In this document: positions 1-10,308 of the stretch, piece after piece
Numbering within the stretch: the first letter of the stretch is position 1
How the letters are laid out: the number at the start of each line of letters is the position of its first letter
Origin: Basidiobolus meristosporus CBS 931.73
Lineage: Eukaryota > Fungi > Basidiobolomycota
DNA length: 58,820 nucleotides
Assembly (NCBI GenBank): GCA_002104905.1
Contig: MCFE01000555.1
Span: forward strand, 1 to 58,820
Direction: 5' to 3'
Position numbers and translations under genes: made by a program
The notes under the pieces: model-generated
The model's input: the letters and a program-made list of their open reading frames with translations, nothing else
Database searches by the model: none
What the model was told of the DNA's origin: nothing

Positions 1-404
1 AGCGATTTCTGCCTTCATTTACAGTTATATCTTTGCGGTTCAACTCCAAACAGATGGCCCGCAACGATTAAGACCCAGAATTCTGTAAGTTTACCTAGCG
101 CACCACAACCACTCCAATCACCTAACCGACCGATATTTAGTGTTCATCTCTTCGATATGTGAAGCCGCAGCTGATGACAATACATTTGTAATAAAGGGGA
201 AATCGATGCGGATGCATTGTGATGTATCGAGTATTTGATGTTTGTTGACTTGGATGTATGCATAAGAAAGATACAAGTACCATATATATGAGTCAGCAGC
301 CATCATGGCCAAAGGGATTCCCTTTCTTCGAGCGTGCGAGACACATTGAGAGAAACGCCTAACTCCCTCTCTCAGCGGTGAATCAACCCTTTCGTTGCTG
401 AAAT

Positions 405-1167
405 ATGTTACTCCGTAAACCTCTAAGAATATCGATTGGATTTCTATGTTGGAGTCTTTGCTCACTGGCAATGTCGGCTAAAGAAGGTAAGCCAACGTGT
501 ATTGGCCCATATTCGATCGAGAAGTTCATTCCTTTGTTCAGTAAAGATGGCCTTTAGCTGTACAGACTCCTGCACCTCTCGGGCTTCCTTGGACTGTGTC
601 AACAAGTGTTTCAGCATGTTTCCCAAGAAATGGAAGGATATCAAATACAAAGGGGTCCTTAGTGCAAATATAAATCTATCTGCCAAAGCTACAACCACGA
701 AAGGTAAGAGCCATTCTGGTTGGACATAGTATGTTACTAAACCTCATTTCCTAGCCCAACCATCACCAACCGAGGCTATACCACACAACACCCCACTATC
801 CAGATATAACTCTAAATTAAGCCAACACAACACCCCACTATCCAGATACAACTCTAAATTAAGCCAACTCGTGCAAGACAAATCATTGCCTACATATCCA
901 CCAGTGGGATCTGACCGATTCGAGTCAATTAAGCCAAATGTGAAAGCTACCCCGACCAATAGAGTAGCCTTAGCAACTATTCGAGAAGCCAGAAAGATCA
1001 CCCAACCAACTGGTGATCCTACAAAGAAGGTTACTCTAGCAACAAATCTTCAACTGATTAACGCCCCATTGCCGACCTCTCCTTACGACTCGGCCACTAG
1101 TATTCTACGTGTTGAGCTACTTTATCCTATTGTGATGACAGCGGCATTAGCATATTCAATGTGTTAG
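405..1167 (+). CDS. Small secreted, probably GPI-anchored protein (about 219 aa): 4-Cys N-terminal module, Pro/Thr/Ser-rich stalk, hydrophobic C-terminal tail
   Basis: Manual splice model: exons 405-486, 542-703, 755-1167 with GTAAG donors and CAG/TAG acceptors that keep frame. N-terminus MLLRKPLRISIGFLCWSLCSLAMSA looks like a signal peptide, followed by CTDSC..LDCVNKC; C-terminus ..DSATSILRVELLYPIVMTAALAYSMC resembles a GPI signal. Confidence 0.65.
784..867 (+). repeat. In-frame 42-bp tandem duplication (HNTPLSRYNSKLSQ x2)
   Basis: Two adjacent 42-nt copies differing at one base (TAT/TAC, synonymous). Confidence 0.95.
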
Positions 1168-1249
1168 CCCAGTATGACTAGGATTCATTAGTGATCGGTC
1201 TTGTGTATACAAGAATACTTTACTGAAGAATGTGCTCAATAAACTATGG

Positions 1250-2111
1250 CTAAGGAAGATGTCCAGTTTTCACCCAAAACTTGCATCCTTTATGTGTGAC
1301 GGAGATGCTTGTAGTAAGGTTTTGGCTTAGCCAAGCACTAGGCACTCGAATCCAACTCCACTTTCCATACACATCAGCCTCGATTCTCAGCTCTCCCTCT
1401 AATACGAAGATCTCCACTCCACCACTTGTGTGTTTTTGAAAGTAATTCCCAATCCCGAGGGAAGCTTGCTCCACACTTCGGGCGCCCCACCACTCGACCC
1501 AAACCCGTTCCTGTGTGCCATTGTTTTCGTAAAGTAAGCAGCGCTCGATACCTGGATTTTCGGTGGAGACTTTGGTGGCCTCCATTGTCTGAGAATCAAT
1601 CACCAAGCTTTGTGTTTCGTCCGAGTCAGTCATAAACTGCAGCTTCACCAGGATGTGGCAGGGTTCGCCCGTGCCCGGGTCCTTATTTGCCCAAGGCGAG
1701 TGTGAAGAGCCGATGGGATGTCTAACATAGGTTCCAGCATGGGCGGTTCCCGTTAGAGAATCGGAAAAACTGCCACTTAACACCAAGAATTCCTCACCTC
1801 CGCCATGTACGTGTTCAGGGAACGAGAGGCCATCCTGAAAACGTACGATTGTCGTGGCTTTAGCAACCTAACATGACAATAGTTTAGCCAACTTTCGTGC
1901 AGGAGAACAGTGCAGCCCCCACCTCATCACCTTTTCTATCCAACATGAATCTATCTACTCCTTTCGTCGGTGAGGGTACCCAGCTCTCATCGTTGAAGCG
2001 AAGAAACTGAGGAATGGACAGGTCTGAACGAAGCTCCATTGTTGATTGAAGAGTGCTCGCACTAGACAAGCACCCTGCCAACAATATGACCAAACCAATC
2101 AATGACATCAT
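1250..2111 (-). CDS. ChrR-like double cupin (Cupin_7) protein with N-terminal signal peptide
   Basis: Removing a 55-nt GT-AG intron (1868-1922) joins the two listed ORFs into ..WVPSPTKGVDRFMLDRKGDE|VAKATTIVRFQDGLSFPEHVHGGGEEFLVLSGSFSD..GTYVRHPIGSSHSP, matching bacterial ChrR-type cupins. A second cupin half ends in GCKFWVKTGHL. Hydrophobic leader MMSLIGLVILLAGCLSSAS. Confidence 0.88.
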
Positions 2112-2245
2112 CCACCACCCCAGTATAAATCAAGAATGAATGAATGAGGAAAAGTATTTACTAGAAGTTAACAAAGCTAATGAGAACCGCTATCAAGCTA
2201 GGCAATGAGTAACAAATAATATGAAATTGATAAGATGTGTGGCCC

Positions 2246-3923
2246 TTATACACCCCTGGGAGCTCCACCAGCCATGGCATCATAAAATGCGGTGCCCATG
2301 TACATATCTCCATTACCCGAAGGAAATCCGCCCGATAGATCCGCTTCCGCAGAACTCTTCGGGGGTCTGGGCGGATTTCCGCATCGGTCTTTGCCGTAGT
2401 TTACTCGGAAGTTGCTGTAGTCAGGGTTGGACTTGATACCGTCAATGGCCTTGACTGCAGACAGGATGTTTGTGAAATTGACGAATGCGCAGTTCTTGTC
2501 CTTCAACATGTTCACCAGCTCGATGTCTCCGAAAGCAGAGAAATCCTGCCTGAGCTTCTCCTCGTCAATAGACTCGTCGATGTTTCCGATGTAGACATTT
2601 CGTGTGGCGCCTGATTGCACTGCCATTGCGACGGCTGGTGGAAGCGGAGTGTTTTTGCCCCAGCCAACCTTGAGACGCCTGTTCTTCACCAGAATGGCGC
2701 TATAGTTGGCGAGGTTGAAGAAATTCATCGCGGCAATAGGGTCAATAAAGCTTACAAATGCGATATGCTTATCAGCCATGAATCGGATTTGGTGGAGAAT
2801 ACCACCTCTAACCACATTGCATATATCTTCGCATGTAGTTTCGGGGTGAATGTTTCCGAGGTAGATCGTACGATTCCCGACTGGGTTCATGCCGCCATAT
2901 CCCGCAGCAAGGTACCCGGCCTGGCCGGTTGGATCAGCACCAGTGGAATAAGGATCGAAACCCATTCCACCATATGCACCCGGAAACCCGGGATATCCCA
3001 TGGCATTCATACCGGCGCCAACAGGGAAGCCCATGTTGTGGAAAGATTTTGGCGTCTGAGCACACCGGTCCTTTCCGTAATTGACTCTTTTGCCTGCCCA
3101 CTGCGGATCCGATTGGAGAGTAGAAACGCACTTCACGGCGTTGGAAATGGACAGAAAGTGAACAAACCCTATGTTCTTCTCGCGGAGTATCCGGATGGTA
3201 TCTATGGGTCCAAACACTGACAGGTCCTCTTTGATCTTTTCTTCGGTAATTGTTTCGTCCAAGCTTCCAAGGAAAACATTTCTGCTAGCTCCAGATTGAA
3301 CAGCAACAAGCACGCTGTTCGGGACTGGCGAGGGCTTTCCCCACCCGACCTTGAGATCCTGACCCTTGACCGAGAGCTTTCTAGTGCTTGCTTCGTGATA
3401 AAAGGTCGCGGCACTGGTGCCGTCCAAGAAGGAGATGAAGATACAGTTTTTCTCCGGCAGAATCCTGATATTCTCGACGGGTCCTCCTTTGACTTGATTA
3501 AGTACCTCATCCACTGAAGTGTCTGCTGGAACATTTCCAATGTAAATGGTTCTTCCTGTTGAAAAAAATGAGCGTTTGTTGAGGTTACAATGGAGAGCCA
3601 GGAAAGAAAAGAAAAGGCGGACCTTGAGCGCCAGGATACTGGCCAACGGCAGCGCCATAAGAGCCCATGCCTTGAAGCTGAGCGAGATTGCCATATTGGC
3701 CTGCGCCAGGGTACTGCGCCATGCCTTGTGGATACTGAGAAGGCATCATTAAGGGATGAGCTAGGGGATATTGGCTGTAGAGATCACTAGTGGAACCAGC
3801 AGGATGGCTTAAGCCGATATTAGATGCGTCACCAGGGAGCGAGGGATAGCTATAGTTTTGTCCGAACCGCGCTTTTTTGGTAGAGTCTTGCGAATGGCTT
3901 CCGAAATCACTACTTCTTTTCAT
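2246..3923 (-). CDS. MRN1: Four-RRM RNA-binding protein, Mrn1 / S. pombe Nrd1 family
   Basis: Exons 3923-3623 and 3555-2246 (67-nt intron). Two tandem RRM pairs with RTIYIGN/RNVFLG and RTIYLGN/RNVYIGN, LKVGWGK and VNYGKDRC motifs. Confidence 0.88.
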
Positions 3924-4901
3924 AGCGTGGTTGTTCGATAGAGAGAAGACCGAGCGTCTGCGATGTAGGAATTAAAGAATCGAAAGCATTTGTATGTACC
4001 AAGCCGCAGGAAAGCAAACGTCAGAAGAAGTTTCCGATAAACAAGTAAATAGAAAAGTAGAGAAAAGTTAAAATAAGAAGATTCTAACGGAGTATGCTAA
4101 CAAAATGGAAAGATGCAAACCAATAAAGTTCAAGGAGAAAAGAGTTCAGCACCAGAAAAACTAAGCGGTACTTTTGGGTTGAGGTTGAATAAACCAAGCA
4201 ATATACAAACGAAGTACTGTAAAACCCCTCAGCAAATTGAGAAGCGTGGAGTAAGGAAAAACGATGAAGTGTTGAAGACTAAAAGTGATGTGCTAAATGG
4301 CAACAGTAGGAGAGCAAAATGCCAAAGGATTTAGTATAAACAGTCAATTGAACACGAATAGACCTCCCACCAAACAGGAACATGGCATAACAGCGAAATA
4401 TACTTACAAACTCGGCTCCAGAATCACGGAAGGTCGTGCATGCACAGGTGCCAGTCAAGATATGCTATGCGGAAAGAGAGCTTGCAAGCAGAGCCGAAAA
4501 AAAAGGAATAAAAAAATACACACAACAGCAGTGATGCTATTAGATCCACCATCAATCACCCAATACCCAATACCCAATATTGCCCAATCCGCTCAGCCCA
4601 TGATCAAAGTTAATACAAGTACACAGGTGATGATTTGGTATCTAAACCATGCATCCCTTAAGGATTGTCACAACATTTACCATGCATGGCTGAAGCAAAT
4701 TACTGCCCACCGTTTACACTCCATGATATATTTAGCTACGGATCTTACGTGACTTTGATTTGATCTTGAAACTCTGGCTTGAAGCATTGTAGAAGGTACG
4801 TTTCCTCCAACGCCTGCAACTACTCAAGCAACCAGAATGTAGAAAAGGCTAACTTGGCTCTCCTTAGCAAGCCTTCATACCCATACTCTTTCTCTCTTAA
4901 T

Positions 4902-6923
4902 ATGCATGTTGTTTGGTGGCTGGTTGCTCTGTCAGCATGGTTTCTTTCCGTCAATTCTATGATTTACTCGTCTGACAAGTTTCTCTTGTTTCCGGACAAG
5001 GACCCTTATTTCATTTCCCAATTCAGTTTCTTATCAGGAGGACAAGTCCAATTCTCAATCGGGAATCTCGGCCTTGTGGATTCAAAGGTTAGGGTCAATA
5101 ACAGTGTGACTTTCTGTGCTATTCCTTACGTCGATATCAAGCAGATCGCTGCACAAAATTACACAAGCCAAATAAAGCTGATTGCTCTTGACGATGAGAC
5201 TTGGTCCGGGGTATGTAGCATCCACCCTTTCCTTCGAAAGTACAACCCGAATTAAAACGCGCCTTAGTTCACCAACTACATAATAGGTTCAGGAGGAAGC
5301 TATTGCAATTCACTCTCCTTTCTGCCCCCTGGAAACTACCTCTCCTTCTCGAGTTTGAATCCAGCCCGGGCTTCAGAACCTTTAGATATGCAGAACCCCG
5401 CCTTTACGTATACCGTCCACAAGGATGGGATCTATAACATTATTTTAATGAACTGCTCACCAATATCGGTTCGATTTGCGGTAATTCACAATATTGTAGT
5501 TGGATCGCTGTAGCCACAGGCTGACTCTTCGTTAGTTCAAGGCGGTGCTTCTGAATATCCAGGATGCGAAAGTCAATCACCTAAACGCTGGAGATATACC
5601 ATTGCCCACAATCTACACAGTCTATGCGTTAGGGGTTTGGCCGTTGCTTACACTGCTATGGGTTATCAACTGGTATAGATATCGAAAGGTAACTCTAAAG
5701 TGTGTTGCTTACATGAAAAGTGCACTAACTACTGGCAACTCCAGAGCACATTGCCTCTGCACTTGATTCTAGCATCTCAATCGATTATAAGCATGACGTA
5801 CAGCCTTTTCAATGGTTTCTTCTTCAACATCATCTCTAGAACAGGCATGTAGCAAAGTGCGCATTACAATACCACCTAGCCTTACCTTGAGTTTATCACT
5901 AGGAGAGGTAACGAACGTGATGCAAATATCAAGAGCATCGTTGATGTTTCTGTGCAGCATGTCGTACTATATATTTCGTATGTTGGCATCCAAGGGATGG
6001 GGGATAATTCGGATACAGCTGGCATCGCAAGAGAAAAGGATAATATTCGGTAATTCCGCATGACACGACTCGGCGTTTTCTACTCAGCACTAACACAACC
6101 ACCGCCTTAGCTCTTGCAACATTTGCCTCATCCGCAAACACTTTTTACGCCCTGTTGGGTGGCTCTTCCTTGGTAAGAAAAGAACCAACACTGGAACCAT
6201 CCATCCATCCTAACCCACAACCGTGTAGATTTCAGTGGTTGTATTCAATTTCATAGTGTATTTCTACGTCTCCTGTAGTTTTCGACATCATATCTTCTCC
6301 ATGCATGGCTACGTCAACCGATTGCAGCGAAGCAGATGCACTCGTGAGCTTATAACCGTATATCTTAACAAGCTGAACCTATTACAGTACGCACGTGTTG
6401 AATTTGCACTCCTGGCGAACACTAACACCATTCTCTTAGCGTTTCCTTCAAGGTCATTGTATTTATAGGAGTGATAAGCTATCTGGTAATAATGGTCGCA
6501 ATAGATATGTTCCTGAGGCCGCTATTGATTTATCCCCAACTTGGCAGGCCCGATTATTCTTTTTCTTCTTTCTGTCAGCAAATTCCGAATATTTCGAGGT
6601 CGTCTTTTTCGAAAGTGTAGCAACCATCGAGTTCGCCTTACTTTGGTAGGAATGCACACGACGTGCTTGGGAAGATGTGCCTCTTTCTAACCCGACTCCC
6701 TAGTTACTTTTTTCGCCTTGGCCCAATTCCACCTCGGATTGTTGTTTCCTCGCCACCGGTCCTTCGACAAGAACTGGAGGGAGGGATTGAATTCGGATCG
6801 TCGAGCATCGCTTCGAGGCAAACCAACACAGTTAGCATTTCTGCTTCGACTGTACACTCAACGACCTCTATGCCCAGCAGAAGAACAAGTAATTGGATCG
6901 CCACATGGCTCAGACGAAGCTAA
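4902..6923 (+). CDS. Lung seven-transmembrane (GPR107/GPR108-like) membrane protein, multi-exon
   Basis: Signal peptide MHVVWWLVALSAWFLSVNS; luminal domain with F.F..GG.V; LNAGDIPLP..Y before TM1; SKGWGIIR motif; last TM ..ESVATIEFALLCYFFR. Short GT-AG introns were placed by hand and exact boundaries are approximate. Confidence 0.72.
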
Positions 6924-6952
6924 TCAACTGATATGATTAATTATCTACTTGA

Positions 6953-7000
6953 TAGACCAATAGACCAATAGGCCAATAGGCCAATAGGCCAATAGACAAA
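6953..7000 (+). repeat. 8-bp tandem array TAG(A/G)CCAA x6 containing five CCAAT boxes
   Basis: tagaccaa tagaccaa taggccaa taggccaa taggccaa tagacaaa read directly from the sequence. Confidence 0.9.
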
Positions 7001-7409
7001 TAATCTAGTTCATATGAAGTTTTAGATGTAAATAGAGTTCAACCAACGAGTATTCATCGATTTATTGCATGTGCACCAGAACTATCAATGACAAGCTCTC
7101 AAACACCATAAATCGTGGAAGTTGCCTAGTTGATTGAATCTTAAACACCGCAAATAACCATAGTTGCTAGTTCATTGGAGACTTCAGACTAGTCGATAAA
7201 TTTTCCATCCTATCAGCCGATTGACATGAAAAAAAAATGATCCGCCGCAGAAAAGAGGTACTTAGCTTGTTTGAAGATGGTGAAAATTGCGCACTCGGGT
7301 ATGATCCCCTAGTAGGGGACGATGGGGTCACTATATATTTCCAAGGAGCTCCCCTTTTACCTTGTCCTTGTAACTTTAGTGTTTCAGTTTTTTTTCATCT
7401 CAACCTAAA

Positions 7410-7992
7410 ATGTCTATTGAGAATCTCAAAGCCTACGGTAAGCCACCCAAGACGCACGATGCTTTCGTCGTTGTATAATAAACTAACCGGATTCCTCTAA
7501 TAGATCCCTTCGCCGATATTGGTGACGAAGAGAACACCGCCCCCACCGGCTATATTCGTATCCATTTTCTGCTTCAACTATATTATATATTCAGAAGTAT
7601 ATTCTAGCTCGCTACGCTAGCTCATCTGTTGATTCTTGGCTCGCAAGTGTACTACGGAGTGAATCAATGCTTCAGAAATGCGCTAGATGGCTCATCCTAA
7701 TGTTGGGCTTGATTGCGAACTTATCCTTAACATCTTTATCTTAGATATTCGTATTCAACAGCGTAACGGTAGAAAGACTTTGACCACCATCCAAGGTCTC
7801 CCCGCTGAATTAGACCAAAAGAGAATGCTCAAAGCCTTCAAGAAGGACTTTGCTTGCAATGGAACCATTGTTGAGGACGAGGAGCTCGGTGAGGTTATCC
7901 AGCTTCAAGGAGATCAACGTCTCAAGGTCGCCACTTTCCTGGTCCAGCAGGGCATCAGCAAGAAGGAGAGCATCAAGATTCACGGTTTCTAG
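7410..7992 (+). CDS. SUI1: Translation initiation factor eIF1
   Basis: Three exons give MSIENLKAY|DPFADIGDEENTAPTGYIH|IRIQQRNGRKTLTTIQG..KKDFACNG..IQLQGDQR..IKIHGF. Confidence 0.97.
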
Positions 7993-9134
7993 ATAATAGT
8001 GAATAAAAACCACCGCTTAATCTTATTGCTGATAAGGAATGTCAAGGTGTCATTCATCACCGATAGACCTGTTGCTTCCAACAAAAGGCGCTCATAATCC
8101 ACCTTGTATTCCTCCCCATACACCCTTACTTTGTTTATTAATAAACATGCAACTATTTCTCAGGAATCCCGCTTGGTTTATATCGCTTCGGCCTCAACTT
8201 GATTACGGTTCATGCGCATGCATATCAAGATCCAACTGGTCACCTGACAGACACAGCGTTTGCGGTGGAAGCGGAAGAATGCTGTGGGGCGTGTGCATCT
8301 AGATTCTTGTGAGGCTTTTAATTAACGAAGGTCATGGTACCAGTCTAGTGCTAAAGTGGTCCCAAGATATCTGGAATGGATTTCAAAAATTTAACCGAAA
8401 ATGGGCAACCACCACCTCGCATTTGACATCACGATGATTTGGCAGGTTACGTTGCTACCTTTCACGAGATATTGTTGGGCAATTGTTTGCAATTGGAGTC
8501 GCGTGGAGGGTTCAATTCAACGAGCCTAGTGGTATATGTCCACATTGCACACTTGGCGGGAGCAGTCCATGGAATTTCCCAAAGTTGGTACATGCGAGTT
8601 CCATACGGCGGTTGGATTCCCCCCGAAATGGCCTTGGGGTTCCACCAGATTGTTCCCGATGTTGCGGTGTTTCAGCCGGGGTTTGATCGGCTTGTGTTTT
8701 ATTCACCAACGCTACTATTCACGGATGTTGTCACGGGAGATGAAACAATCAATCCCAGGCACTATGGTGATTGCTCATACCCCTGATTTTACGTTTTCTC
8801 GGGCTTCGATTTGCTCGCGCTTGACCGCCAATTGCTGTGCAGAACAGTCGAAATCTTCCTTCGGAAATTCAATCTGTGCCACCCTGTCGCCAACCTTCTA
8901 ACATTTACATCATCGATTCGACTTGTAACTTCAGTGCGCCTTATCGTGATGCCTATATATGGGCGAGCTGAACTCTCTACCATTTTTAATATAACTGTGA
9001 TTCGTATATAAGCTGCCTGGCAACTGGTTTGCCGGAACACATAGCTCAAGAGAAGACTTCCCTCCTATTCACTCCCCTTCGGTAGTGCTAGTGCTTCCAT
9101 ACGTACTCGGTCCATCCACTACACTCAACCAACC

Positions 9135-9800
9135 ATGCTTCTTGAATCCTCCTCTGCGAAAACCAAGTTTTTGAACAGATACTTTCGATCAACCGTCAGC
9201 GGGAGACGTTTCATTGCTGACGGGCCGTTGCAAATGAGCAAATTGACCGTCGAGGATCTCGTGACGCTCTCGTGTGAGTGTGTTTCTAGCGAGCGTCCGG
9301 AAAACACCAGAAGCATGCTCGAGGAGGTGCTGGATGATTTTCAGTTAGAGTCACCCATCACCTACTCCAACCCCAGCTCCTCAGACTCGGTGGTCTATAC
9401 ATGTGAGGAGATCAGAGATGATTTCGTTGAATATGTGACATCCTTGCGGCCAAAGCCTGCTCTCTTCAGCACGCCAGCCAAGGTCAATCTTCGCTCGATC
9501 AGCTACCCAGGACTCCACACTCCCAAGCATGCCAACCAGCCAGAATTCAGAAAAACGCAGTCTTTGCAATCTGTTGTGTCGCATGCTAGTACTACTACTA
9601 CCAGCACCTCAGCTACCGATTCGGATTATTCAATGCCTATCACAGATGATGAGGAGGCCTCGCCAACCCGCATGGATACCATCTATGTGTTACCCTTGGA
9701 TAAGGGCAAAGGCAAGCAGCCCGAATCCCTCACACATATTGCACGCAGGCTCTCGTTTACGGCGGTGGAGAGATCCTCCACGCCGATCCCCTCTTGTTGA
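9135..9800 (+). CDS. Hypothetical Ser/Thr-rich protein (221 aa)
   Basis: Intronless ORF with a TATA-like GTATATAA near 9004 and a pyrimidine-rich leader; no recognisable domain. Confidence 0.6.
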   Translation: MLLESSSAKTKFLNRYFRSTVSGRRFIADGPLQMSKLTVEDLVTLSCECVSSERPENTRSMLEEVLDDFQLESPITYSNPSSSDSVVYTCEEIRDDFVEYVTSLRPKPALFSTPAKVNLRSISYPGLHTPKHANQPEFRKTQSLQSVVSHASTTTTSTSATDSDYSMPITDDEEASPTRMDTIYVLPLDKGKGKQPESLTHIARRLSFTAVERSSTPIPSC

Positions 9801-10308
9801 TACGCAAGCCAGAAAACCGTACTTATTCTTTAATTCACCTTCGCATCACCATCCCCTCCACATTTATCACCACCAATTTTGACCTTTTTCAACTTGTAAT
9901 ACGTGTATAAATCTTTCAAATTCACTCTTACGTCAGGAACATAAATAGACTCGTGAATAATGATTAGGAAATTGATTAATGCAACGAAGCACGAATTGAG
10001 CCTTTTTCCTGTCTAGAATCTCTTCCTCAATTGGTGGTAACGGGGTGTCGGTTGGGATGGCTGGCTGGCTGGCTGTATGCGATGGCGAGCAGAGGGTGTC
10101 GGTTAGGCTCGATATTCTCCAGAATGCTTACCTGTCAGAAATATGAATCTTTACTAGTGCGTGATTAAAAGGTTCGCAAATTTTTAGTGACGCAGTGGCT
10201 CCAGTTAATCATTGGGTTATGCACGTGATTTCGGTCCTGACTTCCAAATTGTTAGTTCAAGGTAGTCTTCACCTGGTCTTTCCTATTAAGATTCTGTAGT
10301 TCTCCAAA

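Noticed and set aside
118-698. Minus-strand ORFs of 117 aa and 78 aa
   Set aside because: They partly overlap a plus-strand gene with a consistent splice model and signal peptide, and show no recognisable motifs.
6463-6904. Separate minus-strand gene after the 7TM gene
   Set aside because: The region is explained by the last plus-strand exons of the 7TM gene (..ARLFFFFFLSANSEYFEVVFF..ALLCYFFR).
8439-9049. Cluster of short ORFs upstream of the 221-aa gene
   Set aside because: No consistent splice model, start context or domain; treated as intergenic.
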